Numbered from the stretch's first letter, positions 32,309 through 42,572 are shown. The stretch: DNA of 64,000 bases from an uncultured Proteiniphilum sp. (GCA_964605035.1 CAZSBA010000002.1:29-64028); one strand, 5' to 3'. Numbers and translations: made by a program. The notes: generated by a model not told the origin, from the sequence alone.

Positions 32309-32333
32309 AAACATTTCAATATAAAGCTCGTCT
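32309..32333 (+). promoter_or_regulatory. Candidate ECF-sigma promoter (AAAC-N16-CGTCT) upstream of the skp pair
   Basis: AAAC at 32309-32312 and CGTC at 32329-32332, with the canonical 16-nt spacer. Confidence 0.55.
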
Positions 32334-32359
32334 TATATAACAACTAAAAGAGACAAATT

Positions 32360-32872
32360 ATGAAGAAAATTGTTTTATTAATCAGCTTATTCATATCTAT
32401 TTCTGTAGGTAGTACTTGGGCGCAACAATATGCGTTTATAGATATGGAGTATATTCTTAACAGAATTCCTACATTTGAAAATGCCAACAATCAAATTGAA
32501 GAGTTATCAAAACAATGGCAAGTCACAATCGACCAAGAAGTTGAAGTGGTAAACGCCATGTATAAGAAGTATCAAAGTGATATGCCATTGTTAAACGGAG
32601 AAGAAAAAACTAAAAGAGAAAACGAGATTGTAGCAAAAGAAAATGAGATTCAAGAACTAAGGAATAAATACTTTGGATCTCAGGGAGAGTTATTTCTACA
32701 GCAAGAGAAATTAATTAAACCTATTCAGGATAATATCTATGAAGCAGTAAAAGAGTTGTCAATAGACAAGGGATATGCTATGGTTATTGATAGAGCTTCG
32801 GCTACTTCAATTATTTTTGCTTCTCCTTCTATTGATGTAAGCGACGAAGTACTTTCAATATTAGGCTATTAA
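32360..32872 (+). CDS. skp: OmpH/Skp periplasmic chaperone 1
   Basis: Motifs AFIDMEYIL, KPIQDNIYEAVKE and DVSDEVL; directly after bamA. Confidence 0.9.
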   Translation: MKKIVLLISLFISISVGSTWAQQYAFIDMEYILNRIPTFENANNQIEELSKQWQVTIDQEVEVVNAMYKKYQSDMPLLNGEEKTKRENEIVAKENEIQELRNKYFGSQGELFLQQEKLIKPIQDNIYEAVKELSIDKGYAMVIDRASATSIIFASPSIDVSDEVLSILGY

Positions 32873-32934
32873 AATTAAATCGTATATATTTGTACCCAAT
32901 TTTTCAAAGAATTTAAAATTATAAAATAGTAATC

Positions 32935-33447
32935 ATGTTAAAGAAATTATTAATCTTTTTTATTGCACTAGCTCCAATTGCGGCTGTTGCTCAAGATGTG
33001 AAAATTGCATACATCAACGCCCAGGAGGTTTTTGCTGCCATGCCAGAACTGAGTAATATTGAAACACAGTTATCTCAAAAACAAGAACAGATAAACAAGA
33101 ATGGTCAGGCATTAATTGATGAATTCAACAAGAAAGCCGAAGAATTTGAAGCTTCTGCTTCGACTTCTCCAGAGTCTGTTATACAGGATCAGCAAAAACA
33201 ACTACAGTCAATTCAGGAAAGATATCAACTCTTTCTTCAAAACAGTCAACAAGAAATGAGTACGCTCCAACAGCAACTGCTAGAGCCTCTGAATGAGAAA
33301 ATAGCCGAGGCCATAAAAAGCGTTGGAGACGCAAACAGTTACACTTATGTGTTTGACGTATCTACAATGCAATCACCTATTGTTTACGTGAACCCATCAG
33401 CTACTAACATCACACAAGATGTAAAAGCTAAGTTAGGTTTACAATAA
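32935..33447 (+). CDS. skp: OmpH/Skp periplasmic chaperone 2
   Basis: Motifs KIAYINAQEVF, Q-rich coiled coil, YTYVFD and ITQDVKAKLG. Confidence 0.88.
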   Translation: MLKKLLIFFIALAPIAAVAQDVKIAYINAQEVFAAMPELSNIETQLSQKQEQINKNGQALIDEFNKKAEEFEASASTSPESVIQDQQKQLQSIQERYQLFLQNSQQEMSTLQQQLLEPLNEKIAEAIKSVGDANSYTYVFDVSTMQSPIVYVNPSATNITQDVKAKLGLQ

Positions 33448-33460
33448 TAATACAAACCAC

Positions 33461-33500
33461 AAAAAAAAGGATTTCAATACAAAATTGAAATCCTTTTTTT
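33461..33500. terminator. Bidirectional intrinsic terminator
   Basis: AAAAAAAGGATTTCAAT / ATTGAAATCCTTTTTTT inverted repeat between convergent skp and usp genes. Confidence 0.85.
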
Positions 33501-33527
33501 ATGCACAAATCACATTAATACCAAATA

Positions 33528-34682
33528 TTACATCCCTTTAATTACTAAAATAGTTGTGTCTGAATGAAATAACATTCGACGTGCAATACCTGGATTAAAC
33601 ATCCTGGCAAAGATATTTCTCCTTGAACTTGATAGAGAAATCATGTCGATATCGTTGTCTTCAATAAATTGCTCTAGCGACTCTTCCAAATTCTCTGCTT
33701 GATCTATAAGTCGATATTCAGTTTCCAGATGAGGATACTCCTCAGATAAGTATTTTTGAATTCCTGACAGCTTTATTTCGTTCCATATATCACCTTTTTT
33801 TGCAATATGAGCAAGGAATAGTTTTATAGGATATGGTTTTAAAAACTTCATCATAACTTCAAATGCCTTAAACTCTCGTTCCTGAAAGTTAGTAAGAAAA
33901 ACCAATCTTTTTATCTCAGAAATATTTCTAACTTTTGCTTCTTCAGGTACAGCAAATATTGGCGTTTTACACCCATCCATTACTTCTGCAGTTACACTTC
34001 CAATTAAGTCTAGCTCTTTTGCATTTTTCCCTTTTGTACCCATTACAATAGCAACGGGGTTCTTTTTCTTTGAGTAAGAAATAATTTCTTCTTCCGGCAA
34101 GCCTTCAGTAAGAATCGAAGTATAAGAAACATTTGGAAAATTGCCACTAGAGATATTTTCATCAATCTTTGAATGAAGCGCTTTCATTTCCTTTTCTGTA
34201 TTCCTTCTTACGTCTTTATACAAATCTTTGTCTGTAGTAGGTAAGGTAAAGGCATCACTAAAAGGCATAGCTGCGGGATAAAAAGGTGTAAAGAAAGCGT
34301 GCATTAATTTTACATTACAATTCAAATCTTTGGCCAACTTAAAACCAAACTCGCATGTTAATAGAGTGTAATCAGAAAAATCAACCGGGATTAAAATCTC
34401 TTTATTTGAAATTTCTGTTTCTTCTATCTCTTCTTCAACAACCCTAGAAGTAAAATCAACCTGTTCAATTACTCTTAATGCTTTTTGCAGATCTCTCTCT
34501 CTAATTCTAACACGCACACTACCTGGAATTGATGGCTCAATAATATTTATACCATGAATTACAGATTGTATATCTTCAGACTCTAAAATAGTTTTTAGAA
34601 TTTGAGCTTTCTCGTAAGTATGAATAGCAACTGTTACTAACCTGTCGTCATTCAATTTGCTGTCTTTTTTATCTCCTTGCAT
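33528..34682 (-). CDS. Universal stress protein (tandem USP domains) with N-terminal DUF2007-like extension
   Basis: Motifs ILIPVDFS, VMGTKG and GSVTAEV; N-terminal LVTVAIHTYEKAQILKTILESE segment. Confidence 0.85.
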   Translation of the reverse strand: MQGDKKDSKLNDDRLVTVAIHTYEKAQILKTILESEDIQSVIHGINIIEPSIPGSVRVRIRERDLQKALRVIEQVDFTSRVVEEEIEETEISNKEILIPVDFSDYTLLTCEFGFKLAKDLNCNVKLMHAFFTPFYPAAMPFSDAFTLPTTDKDLYKDVRRNTEKEMKALHSKIDENISSGNFPNVSYTSILTEGLPEEEIISYSKKKNPVAIVMGTKGKNAKELDLIGSVTAEVMDGCKTPIFAVPEEAKVRNISEIKRLVFLTNFQEREFKAFEVMMKFLKPYPIKLFLAHIAKKGDIWNEIKLSGIQKYLSEEYPHLETEYRLIDQAENLEESLEQFIEDNDIDMISLSSSRRNIFARMFNPGIARRMLFHSDTTILVIKGM

Positions 34683-34742
34683 AATATTGATTTATTTGAA
34701 TCTCAATTATTATTTTTTTATGATGTAAGATTAATTGAAAAC

Positions 34743-34792
34743 AAAAAACCCAATATTTGATAATCTTAAAGCAAATATTGGGTTCTTTTTTT
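34743..34792. terminator. Intrinsic terminator downstream of the small DNA-binding gene
   Basis: AACCCAATATTTG / CAAATATTGGGTT 13-bp stem with flanking A and T runs. Confidence 0.75.
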
Positions 34793-34797
34793 AATTT

Positions 34798-35097
34798 CTA
34801 TTCAGCTTGTTCTTCTTGCTCAGCTTCTACTGGATCTGACTCTGGGTATTCCTTTATTCCCAATATTTTTAAGGCCCTATCAAAAATTGTGGTATCATCA
34901 AGAACAACAATTCCACCATCTGGTCCTGGTTCAATGTGTATACCTGCACTCCTACCTTCTTTGTAGTTGTATCCGCCAAAATAGTTTCTTACAGTTTCAG
35001 GCTTCATGTTAAGCTCTGTTGCTATTTGACGGATACTACCATCAGGTAGCTTGTCTTTCAGTTCTCTTAATTCATTAAATGAAATTGTTCTTGCCAT
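34798..35097 (-). CDS. Small conserved Bacteroidales putative DNA-binding protein
   Basis: HTH-like segment SIRQIATELNMKPETVRNYF; acidic tail. Confidence 0.65.
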   Translation of the reverse strand: MARTISFNELRELKDKLPDGSIRQIATELNMKPETVRNYFGGYNYKEGRSAGIHIEPGPDGGIVVLDDTTIFDRALKILGIKEYPESDPVEAEQEEQAE

Positions 35098-35230
35098 GGC
35101 TTCTTATTTTTATGTTTAAAATTCATTTTGACCTCTTATTATGCCCTAAACTTACTAAAATATAAAGATATTCCAAACAATTATAAGATAATATTTCGTA
35201 ATTATTACCTTTCTATTATTATAACAATAA

Positions 35231-35932
35231 TCAATGAGGTAAAGTTGATAATATCGAACTAAAGCATGTGAGTAATACAATATATATCATTATGAAAATT
35301 GAAAGAATCATACCATTATCTGAACGGTAGATGGGTTGTTCATTTATATAATTAGTGCTTTTCAAAACATATCTCTTAACTACTAGAAGAGCAAAATATA
35401 AGATGAATGCTAAAAGAGTACCTATAATTATCCCTCCAATTATATCAGAAATAAAATGTACTCCTAAGTATATTCTTGTATAACTATTTAAAGTCGCCCA
35501 GAAAAGAGATATTAAAGTAAACCAACGATATTTAAATATTAAGGAAAGGAAAACTGCAAGTCCAAATGAATTAGTTGCATGACCCGATATAAATCCGAAT
35601 CTACCTCCTCTATAACCATTTATTATATCTACGTTATCCATAAAATCGGGATGATGTGATGGTCGGAATCTTTCAAACAATGGTTTAAATAACGAAGATG
35701 AAACCTGATCACTAGCAACAAATACCAATATTAAGAAAATGGTAACAAGAATTCCTACTTTGGGTGGTGTTCTATAGAAAAGAATAAAGATTATGAACAG
35801 GAATAATGGTATCCATACAAATCTTCCTGAAAGTGTCCACATTATATTATCTAGTATAACCGAATCACTTCCATTGAGAGCAAAAAACAAATCTCTTTCT
35901 AATGGCAAAAGTTCCTCAATAGCTTTTTTCAT
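35231..35932 (-). CDS. PAP2 family phosphatase
   Basis: Motifs KPLFERFRP, FISGHA and YTRIYLGVHFISD. Confidence 0.9.
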   Translation of the reverse strand: MKKAIEELLPLERDLFFALNGSDSVILDNIMWTLSGRFVWIPLFLFIIFILFYRTPPKVGILVTIFLILVFVASDQVSSSLFKPLFERFRPSHHPDFMDNVDIINGYRGGRFGFISGHATNSFGLAVFLSLIFKYRWFTLISLFWATLNSYTRIYLGVHFISDIIGGIIIGTLLAFILYFALLVVKRYVLKSTNYINEQPIYRSDNGMILSIFIMIYIVLLTCFSSILSTLPH

Positions 35933-35962
35933 ATATTAATTACATTTAAAAAGTAACTCAAC

Positions 35963-38647
35963 TTACACAATCTCAATATTATCCTTTCTAGTCCAGCCAA
36001 CACTACCGTTATCAATTTCTATTTCAAACCAATTTCCGTCACTGTTCTTAATTTTCACCTTAGTCCCTTCGTGAAGTTCAAACAGCTCATTACTGTTATC
36101 ATCTGGAGATGCATTAACTCCAGCTGAACCAACCATTACAATTGCAGTATCTCCGCGGATTTGCTCTCTCTTCTGACTAAATGAAAATATATTGAATACT
36201 ATCATTAACAGAAATATAACGATAGCAGAATAGAAAGCAGTTTTTCTTATCCATATTACACTTACAAATAAATATGCTGCTAATAATAAAATAAAAAGCA
36301 CAAAAGAGATAATAGCAATAATTGCCCAAGTATTTGAGCTGTATAGATTGCGAATTGCCTTAAACCAGTTAGATATAAAAATATCTCCTGCTGGTGTGAT
36401 GCGGTCTACTTTGCGGTTGTTAGCAAAACGAAGATTATGACGAATATCACTATCTCCCGGATCTAATAATAATGCCCTCTCGTAATTAAGAATGGCTTGC
36501 CCCAACTGATTATCTCTGAAGTAAGCATTCCCTAAGTTGTAATAAAGTTGCGCCGAAACTCTGTTTAAACTAATTGACTCATTGATCAACTTTTCGTATA
36601 GCTCTATACTTCTTTTAAAATCCTGACTCCTATACGCTTCGGCAGCAGTAACTGCCAGGTTAGCCTCTTCAGAATCCTCCAAGGCAACTAAAGAACTGAT
36701 CTCAGGATCCTCAATAATATCTACCTCTTGAGCTAATACAGTAGATGTTGTTAAAAACGCTGTCACTAAAAGTAATAAAGTGAGCATCGACAAATTATTG
36801 GTCTTCCTTTTTTTCAACCCATTCTCCATCTTTCCAATTGCATCAATAGCATTGTTATAAATATTATCCATTTCAGCATTACTTTCGACTTGTGAGTAAC
36901 GTGCAAATTCACAAGTGTCAAGTATATTCATAAACTTATTAGCTAACTCGTCACTTATACCATTTTTTAAAAGTTCTGCCTCAATGTTATCTTTTGAAAG
37001 TTGGGCAACAGGTATGGCTAATTTATCGCTAAAATAGCCCCATATAGCCCTAAGTACCTCATCATAGAAACTCTCCTTGTTTTGTTCTCTAAGATATTTT
37101 TCAGCAAGCTTAAGACGTTTAATTGCAATTTTATTGGCTTTCTTATTACGCATCAAAACAACATTTGCATTCTCTTTCGCTTTTTTCCTATTAATTATAA
37201 AGTAAACAATAAGTAGTGTAAAGGGAATAATATACCATAGCCAGTAATTTAGTGAACCGACTAAAAAATTACTCATTGAAACAAAATTAGGCTCTCCCGT
37301 TTTAAGGAATCGAATATCTTGCTCCACCTTCACATCTTGTTGATTTACAAAATTACTTGCAGAAGCACTTCCTGGATCACCTTTTTCTATTTCTAATTTA
37401 TATTCAGAAGTAGATAATGTTTTGTATGAATTTGTATTCAGGTCGAAATACCCAAACTCGATAGAGGGAATCGTATATGATCCTTCATACCTAGGTATAA
37501 CCATATACTCAATCACCCTAATTCCCGTCAAGCCATTACTTGTTACGTTTAGTGAATTTGTAACAACTGGATCGTAGATCTCAAAATTATTAGGAAATTG
37601 CACCTCAGGATTGCGTAACAACTTCATATTACCAGTTCCTGATATCTCCAAACGCAAAGTTATGGCTTCATTGGCTTTATTTTCGGTTGTACTGATGCTA
37701 GGATTTAATGCAAATGTTCCCACTGCATTAGCATAGCTCACTGGCTTATCATCTGGAAGTGGCTTTACATTTACATTCAAGGGGTTAGTAACAAGTTTCT
37801 TTTTAACATCAGCCATAAGCTCCTGTGAACCAAAGAAAGTTGAAACACTTCTACCTGATGGAACAGAGAATACCATCTCTATTGACCCGGATGGAATAGT
37901 AATTTGACCTGATCTTTGAGGGAATAACAACGTTTTTCTAAGATCGGCGGTATAGTAATTCCTTCCGTTATATCTCTCAATTTGCAATTGTTGATTAGAT
38001 GGCAACTCAACCTCTTCAACCATAAACCCTTCGAATTCTGGAAATTGAATTTCTCCCCCATAATTAACCTTATCTATAGTAGTATAAAGTCTGAAAGTAA
38101 CTGTAAAACCCTCCTGCTCGTAAGGGCTATTTTTAGAGAGAATTACTCTGATAAATGCGTCACTATCAGAAACAGTTGCAGTGCTTGCTGAAGATGCGCT
38201 ACCTCTATTTGCAGAACCACTTGCTCCTCCTTGATCAGAGTCTTTATCTGGAGGTAGCACCTCAATAGAAAGCGAATTAGATTGGTAATTACTGCCTTTT
38301 ACATTTATAGAAGCAGGCTCAATAGTGAAATTGCCAGTCTTTTTGGGAACCAAAATATAAGTATACGTTACTGATCTCTCTGAAGTAGTTTTCCCGTTTA
38401 TAGTACGTTGACTAAAACTTGTGGAAGTACTTGGTCCAAATAATATTTCAAAATCGGGAATATCGGGGAGTCTCAAATCCCTGCCTTCCTCATTTAGAAT
38501 GTAACTCAATCTAAACTGAACACCTTCTACAACTGTTGCAGGTGCCGAAGCTTTAAAATCTACTTGTCCCTCTGCAATTAAAGTTGATAATGAAAAAAGA
38601 CTAGTTAAAAAGAAAAGAAATCTATATATATGCTTTCTGTTATTCAT
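35963..38647 (-). CDS. batD: Fused BatD-BatE protein (BatD repeats + TM, then TPR + SH3b)
   Basis: BatD region ending CEFARY...AIGKMEN continues in frame into a signal-peptide-like helix, TPRs (YYNLGNAYFR) and SH3 (LHEGTKVKI...GWTRK). Confidence 0.85.
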   Translation of the reverse strand: MNNRKHIYRFLFFLTSLFSLSTLIAEGQVDFKASAPATVVEGVQFRLSYILNEEGRDLRLPDIPDFEILFGPSTSTSFSQRTINGKTTSERSVTYTYILVPKKTGNFTIEPASINVKGSNYQSNSLSIEVLPPDKDSDQGGASGSANRGSASSASTATVSDSDAFIRVILSKNSPYEQEGFTVTFRLYTTIDKVNYGGEIQFPEFEGFMVEEVELPSNQQLQIERYNGRNYYTADLRKTLLFPQRSGQITIPSGSIEMVFSVPSGRSVSTFFGSQELMADVKKKLVTNPLNVNVKPLPDDKPVSYANAVGTFALNPSISTTENKANEAITLRLEISGTGNMKLLRNPEVQFPNNFEIYDPVVTNSLNVTSNGLTGIRVIEYMVIPRYEGSYTIPSIEFGYFDLNTNSYKTLSTSEYKLEIEKGDPGSASASNFVNQQDVKVEQDIRFLKTGEPNFVSMSNFLVGSLNYWLWYIIPFTLLIVYFIINRKKAKENANVVLMRNKKANKIAIKRLKLAEKYLREQNKESFYDEVLRAIWGYFSDKLAIPVAQLSKDNIEAELLKNGISDELANKFMNILDTCEFARYSQVESNAEMDNIYNNAIDAIGKMENGLKKRKTNNLSMLTLLLLVTAFLTTSTVLAQEVDIIEDPEISSLVALEDSEEANLAVTAAEAYRSQDFKRSIELYEKLINESISLNRVSAQLYYNLGNAYFRDNQLGQAILNYERALLLDPGDSDIRHNLRFANNRKVDRITPAGDIFISNWFKAIRNLYSSNTWAIIAIISFVLFILLLAAYLFVSVIWIRKTAFYSAIVIFLLMIVFNIFSFSQKREQIRGDTAIVMVGSAGVNASPDDNSNELFELHEGTKVKIKNSDGNWFEIEIDNGSVGWTRKDNIEIV

Positions 38648-38662
38648 TGTAATAAAAATCGC

Positions 38663-39385
38663 TTACCAGTTTTTATTATGTCTCCTATTATTTTCAGCTT
38701 GCTCCTCTCTTTCTTGAGCTCTTATCTGATTTACTTTTTCTTGAGTTTCTCTTTCATCCTGCTCTATAGCCTGCAGTAGTGCTCTAGCATTGTCGCGCGA
38801 CATCTGCTCTGGAGCTTCGGGCTGCTCAGCACGCTTCTCTTGATCCTGTTGATTCTGGGGCGATTGCTGTTGCTGCTGATCTTGTTGCTCTTGTTCTTGT
38901 TGCTCTTGATCGTCCTCCCCATCATCTTGTTGTTGTTCCTCATCCTGAATCATTTTCTGAACAACTGCAAGATTATAACGTGTTTCATCATCTTGAGGAT
39001 TTAACCTTAAAGCCATCTTATATGCTTCCATAGCATCATTTAGCTCTTTCTTCCTTAGCATAGAATTCCCAATATTATGCATCCCTGATGAAACATTCAA
39101 TTGATCCTCCTGCTCAAGTGAGTTGAAATTATTATAATACTCAATTGCCTTATCCCAATCATTCTGGTTGTACAGCGTATTTCCTAAATTATAGTTTGCC
39201 TCGTGAGATGTAGGGTTCTCTTCAACGGCCTTTTCATAAAAAGCAGCAGCTTCAGAATATTTTTGGACTTTATACTCTTTATTCCCTTTTCGTATATTTT
39301 TTCTCACATCCTTCTGTGCTGTTGCTGATATAGGTATCATCCCCAACATCATAAAAATCAATGTGTATTTTAATAACATCTGCAT
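38663..39385 (-). CDS. batC: BatC TPR protein
   Basis: RKGNKEY, YNLGNTLY and YNLAVVQ TPRs; Q-rich linker; KNW end; position in the Bat operon. Confidence 0.85.
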   Translation of the reverse strand: MQMLLKYTLIFMMLGMIPISATAQKDVRKNIRKGNKEYKVQKYSEAAAFYEKAVEENPTSHEANYNLGNTLYNQNDWDKAIEYYNNFNSLEQEDQLNVSSGMHNIGNSMLRKKELNDAMEAYKMALRLNPQDDETRYNLAVVQKMIQDEEQQQDDGEDDQEQQEQEQQDQQQQQSPQNQQDQEKRAEQPEAPEQMSRDNARALLQAIEQDERETQEKVNQIRAQEREEQAENNRRHNKNW

Positions 39386-39451
39386 AATTTCACATTTACA
39401 AGTTACTAATAAATACCTTATGTAAACTATTAGTTGATTTTAAAGTTGCAA

Positions 39452-40480
39452 TCAATCTTCGTTAAAGATTTTAATATTACGAAATATTGGATTTTTCTTA
39501 TCATAAATAAGAATCTCTATAAAAATAATCGCAAGCAAAATCCATGCAAAAACAGTAAATTTTTCATCATATTCCGAATATGAAAGTGACGATGTAGTTG
39601 TTGTTTCTAATTCATCGAGTTGCGAAACTAATGCTTGTATAGCACTATTACTATTATCGGCTCGAACATACATACCATGTCCACTCTGAGCAATCTCCAT
39701 GCCCATCTGTTCGTTCAATCTCGAAACAACAACATTCCCCTCATTATCTGTCATAAACTTAGTACCGGGCTCTAAAGAAGGTATAGGAGCACCACCTGGC
39801 GAACCAATACCAATAATATTAATCTGTACTCCCTCCTTAGCCGCAGAGGCTGCAATATCAATTGCATTGCCCTCATGATCTTCACCGTCTGTAATAACAA
39901 CTATCGACCGACTTGCACTCTGATCACTCGAGAAAGAAGTCATACCCAGGCTAATTGCATCACCTATTGCTGTTCCCTGAATTGGAACTAAGCTAGGGTC
40001 TATAGTATTTAAAAATATTTTAGCAGATTGCGTATCTGAAGTAAGAGGCATCTGCACGTAAGCTTCGCCAGCAAAAACAATTAATCCCACCTTATCATTC
40101 ATTCTCACATCAATAAGCCTAGATAAAATCTGCTTTGCTCTGGCTAATCTATTTGGTGTAACATCTTCAGTAAGCATTGAGTTAGATACATCAATCGCAA
40201 TGATTAGTTCTATACCCTCTTTTTCAACGGTCTGCACTTTAGTACCAAATTGCGGACGAGCTATCATAAAAACACCTACACATAGTGCTGCAAATATCAA
40301 CCAAAATTTAAGATACGAACGCTTCAAGGATAATTCGGGCATCATTTTCTTCAATGTCGATAGCGTACCCATTCTCTGAACATCTTTCCTTTTCCTGATG
40401 TTCAGATAAATGTAAAGGCCAAGCAGCAAAGGCATTGCTGCGAAGAACCATAAATATTCCGGATTTCCGAATCTAAACAT
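39452..40480 (-). CDS. batB: BatB VWA-domain protein
   Basis: MIDAS-like motif DVSNSM, VFAGEAYVQMPLT and ITDGEDH. Confidence 0.88.
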   Translation of the reverse strand: MFRFGNPEYLWFFAAMPLLLGLYIYLNIRKRKDVQRMGTLSTLKKMMPELSLKRSYLKFWLIFAALCVGVFMIARPQFGTKVQTVEKEGIELIIAIDVSNSMLTEDVTPNRLARAKQILSRLIDVRMNDKVGLIVFAGEAYVQMPLTSDTQSAKIFLNTIDPSLVPIQGTAIGDAISLGMTSFSSDQSASRSIVVITDGEDHEGNAIDIAASAAKEGVQINIIGIGSPGGAPIPSLEPGTKFMTDNEGNVVVSRLNEQMGMEIAQSGHGMYVRADNSNSAIQALVSQLDELETTTTSSLSYSEYDEKFTVFAWILLAIIFIEILIYDKKNPIFRNIKIFNED

Positions 40481-40545
40481 TTTATCTTATTTGGTTTTGT
40501 CTTTTCTTTATAAAAGTATAAATAATCAATTAAACGGCTTAATAA

Positions 40546-41529
40546 CTATGGAATGTATCTCAACCATGTTCTGCGTAAAAGTAGTTCCATTAGTATTAAA
40601 GCAAGTGCTGCTAACGCATACGGTAAAAAAACCTCTTTGCGATGTGTTACATTTTGTACACTGATAAGATATTTTTCCATTTCGTCAATTTCATCATACA
40701 CCTGACGCAATCCTTCTGTATCTTGTGCTCTAAAATATTGACCACCCGTCATTACTGCTATATCTGTCAGCGTCTTCTCGTCAATATCAACGGGCATATT
40801 TTGCATTCTTATCCCAAATGGTGTCTGAACAGGCGTTGGAGCCATACCTGTGGTTCCAACACCAACTGTATAAACACGTATGCCATATGAACGTGCCAAA
40901 TCGGCTGCAGTGAGTGGAGCTATCTGCCCACTGTTATTTGTTCCATCGGTCAAAAGAATCACAACTCTTGAATCCGATTCACTATCTTTTAACCTATTAA
41001 CAGAAGTAGCTAATCCCAATCCAATTGCAGTACCATCCTCAATTATACCATACTCTATATCATTTAGTAAGTTTAACAGCACTTTATGGTCAGTTGTAAG
41101 CGGGCACTGTGTAAAACTTTCTCCAGCAAAAATAACAAGACCAATATTGTCATTCTTTCTGTCTATAATAAACTCAGATGCCACTCTCTTGGCCGCTTGT
41201 AGTCGATCTGGCTGAAAGTCTTGTGAGAGCATTGAACCTGAAACATCAAGAGCCAATACAATATCAATACCCTGTGTTTCTGTCTCCTCCCAGCTATTAA
41301 CTGATTGAGGACGAGCAATAACAATAATTATTAGAGCTATGGATGCTACTCTCAATAAAAAGGGCAAATGACGCATATACACCCTAAGCCCTGGTTTCAG
41401 CTCTTTAAATGCATTTGAAGAAGCTAGTTTAAAAGAAGCTTGAGTTTTCGATAATCTAATTACATACCACGCTATTAGCGGGATAAGCAATAGTAACAGA
41501 TATAGATATTTAGGATAAAGAAATACCAT
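40546..41529 (-). CDS. batA: BatA VWA-domain protein
   Basis: DVSGSM, GTAIGLGL, LLTDGTNN and IDEKTL. Confidence 0.9.
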   Translation of the reverse strand: MVFLYPKYLYLLLLLIPLIAWYVIRLSKTQASFKLASSNAFKELKPGLRVYMRHLPFLLRVASIALIIIVIARPQSVNSWEETETQGIDIVLALDVSGSMLSQDFQPDRLQAAKRVASEFIIDRKNDNIGLVIFAGESFTQCPLTTDHKVLLNLLNDIEYGIIEDGTAIGLGLATSVNRLKDSESDSRVVILLTDGTNNSGQIAPLTAADLARSYGIRVYTVGVGTTGMAPTPVQTPFGIRMQNMPVDIDEKTLTDIAVMTGGQYFRAQDTEGLRQVYDEIDEMEKYLISVQNVTHRKEVFLPYALAALALILMELLLRRTWLRYIP

Positions 41530-42572
41530 TATGATTCACTTTTATCTTCTTGATTAAACTCCTTCTTTGTTGGTACAGGATCTGGCTCTTTTGTTTGGTT
41601 TACAAAGAAATATGCATTCACCATACTTAGATCATTCTCATCAGGATATGGTTTATATTTTGCAAACTTCACCATATCGGCTGTAGATAATATCTGTTTG
41701 AGGTTGTCATAAACAGAATCCACTTCAGATATTTGTCGAATTTTATTAAGTATCTCTCCCGACGTCATTTCCATTGCATTAATACCCTCTCGTTCATAAA
41801 TATAACGACGTAAGATATCTGTAAGCCTGCTATAAAACTCTTTCTCTCTTCCTTGAAGCCATATCTTTTCGGATTTCAACTTATCTAGTTCATTAACTGC
41901 TCTTACATGAGCAGGTAGCACTACTGGAGGTTTGAAGACATAGCCTTTTTTCTTCTTTTTTATTATTAAGTATATAATTATACCTATTAGTGCCAATAAG
42001 AGTGATATACCAAGTATCAACCATAATATCCAAAGAAAGTCAGTCCAAACAAATGGTGCTTGTTTGATAGGCTTGATATCATTTATTTGTAGTTGCTTAA
42101 AATCAATTGAATCGGTCTCACCTCTATTAATTTTTTCTAAATAATTGAGAGTAGAATCTGAAAGTTCGGGTGAGGTTACCTTTAGTCCAAATGAATTGGA
42201 GAAAATAGTATCGGTTCCGTCAAATATTGGTAAAAAAGGCACATGATATAAAGTAGAGTCAAAAGATGTAACAACATATTGAAAATTAAGAGTCATCACA
42301 TTATTTTCAATAAGTGTATCTGGTGGCAGCATTGCTATAACTTCAATTCCTGGAATTATCTCATTCTCATAAACAGGAAATGAAATAACCTTATCCTTAG
42401 GTGTTATAACCTTTAGATTGATAAGAGCCTGCTCTCCAATTAAAATTTCTGTAGGCTGTACTGTAGCATGAGCCGATGCACGTTGCCCCAATACAGGAGC
42501 AACTGTTAAGATAGAAAGAGCAATAAATATTGCCCCCTTTATAAATAATTTATGTAAATCACTTCTTTTCAA
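41529..42572 (-). CDS. Bat-operon membrane protein (BatD-like hypothetical)
   Basis: Signal peptide, one TM, and AMEMTSGEIL...ADMVKFAKY; conserved slot between DUF58 and batA. Confidence 0.7.
   Translation of the reverse strand: MKRSDLHKLFIKGAIFIALSILTVAPVLGQRASAHATVQPTEILIGEQALINLKVITPKDKVISFPVYENEIIPGIEVIAMLPPDTLIENNVMTLNFQYVVTSFDSTLYHVPFLPIFDGTDTIFSNSFGLKVTSPELSDSTLNYLEKINRGETDSIDFKQLQINDIKPIKQAPFVWTDFLWILWLILGISLLLALIGIIIYLIIKKKKKGYVFKPPVVLPAHVRAVNELDKLKSEKIWLQGREKEFYSRLTDILRRYIYEREGINAMEMTSGEILNKIRQISEVDSVYDNLKQILSTADMVKFAKYKPYPDENDLSMVNAYFFVNQTKEPDPVPTKKEFNQEDKSES

Noticed and set aside
38850-38950. CAG/CAA-rich low-complexity tract
   Set aside because: It encodes the Q/D/E-rich linker that is a normal feature of BatC.
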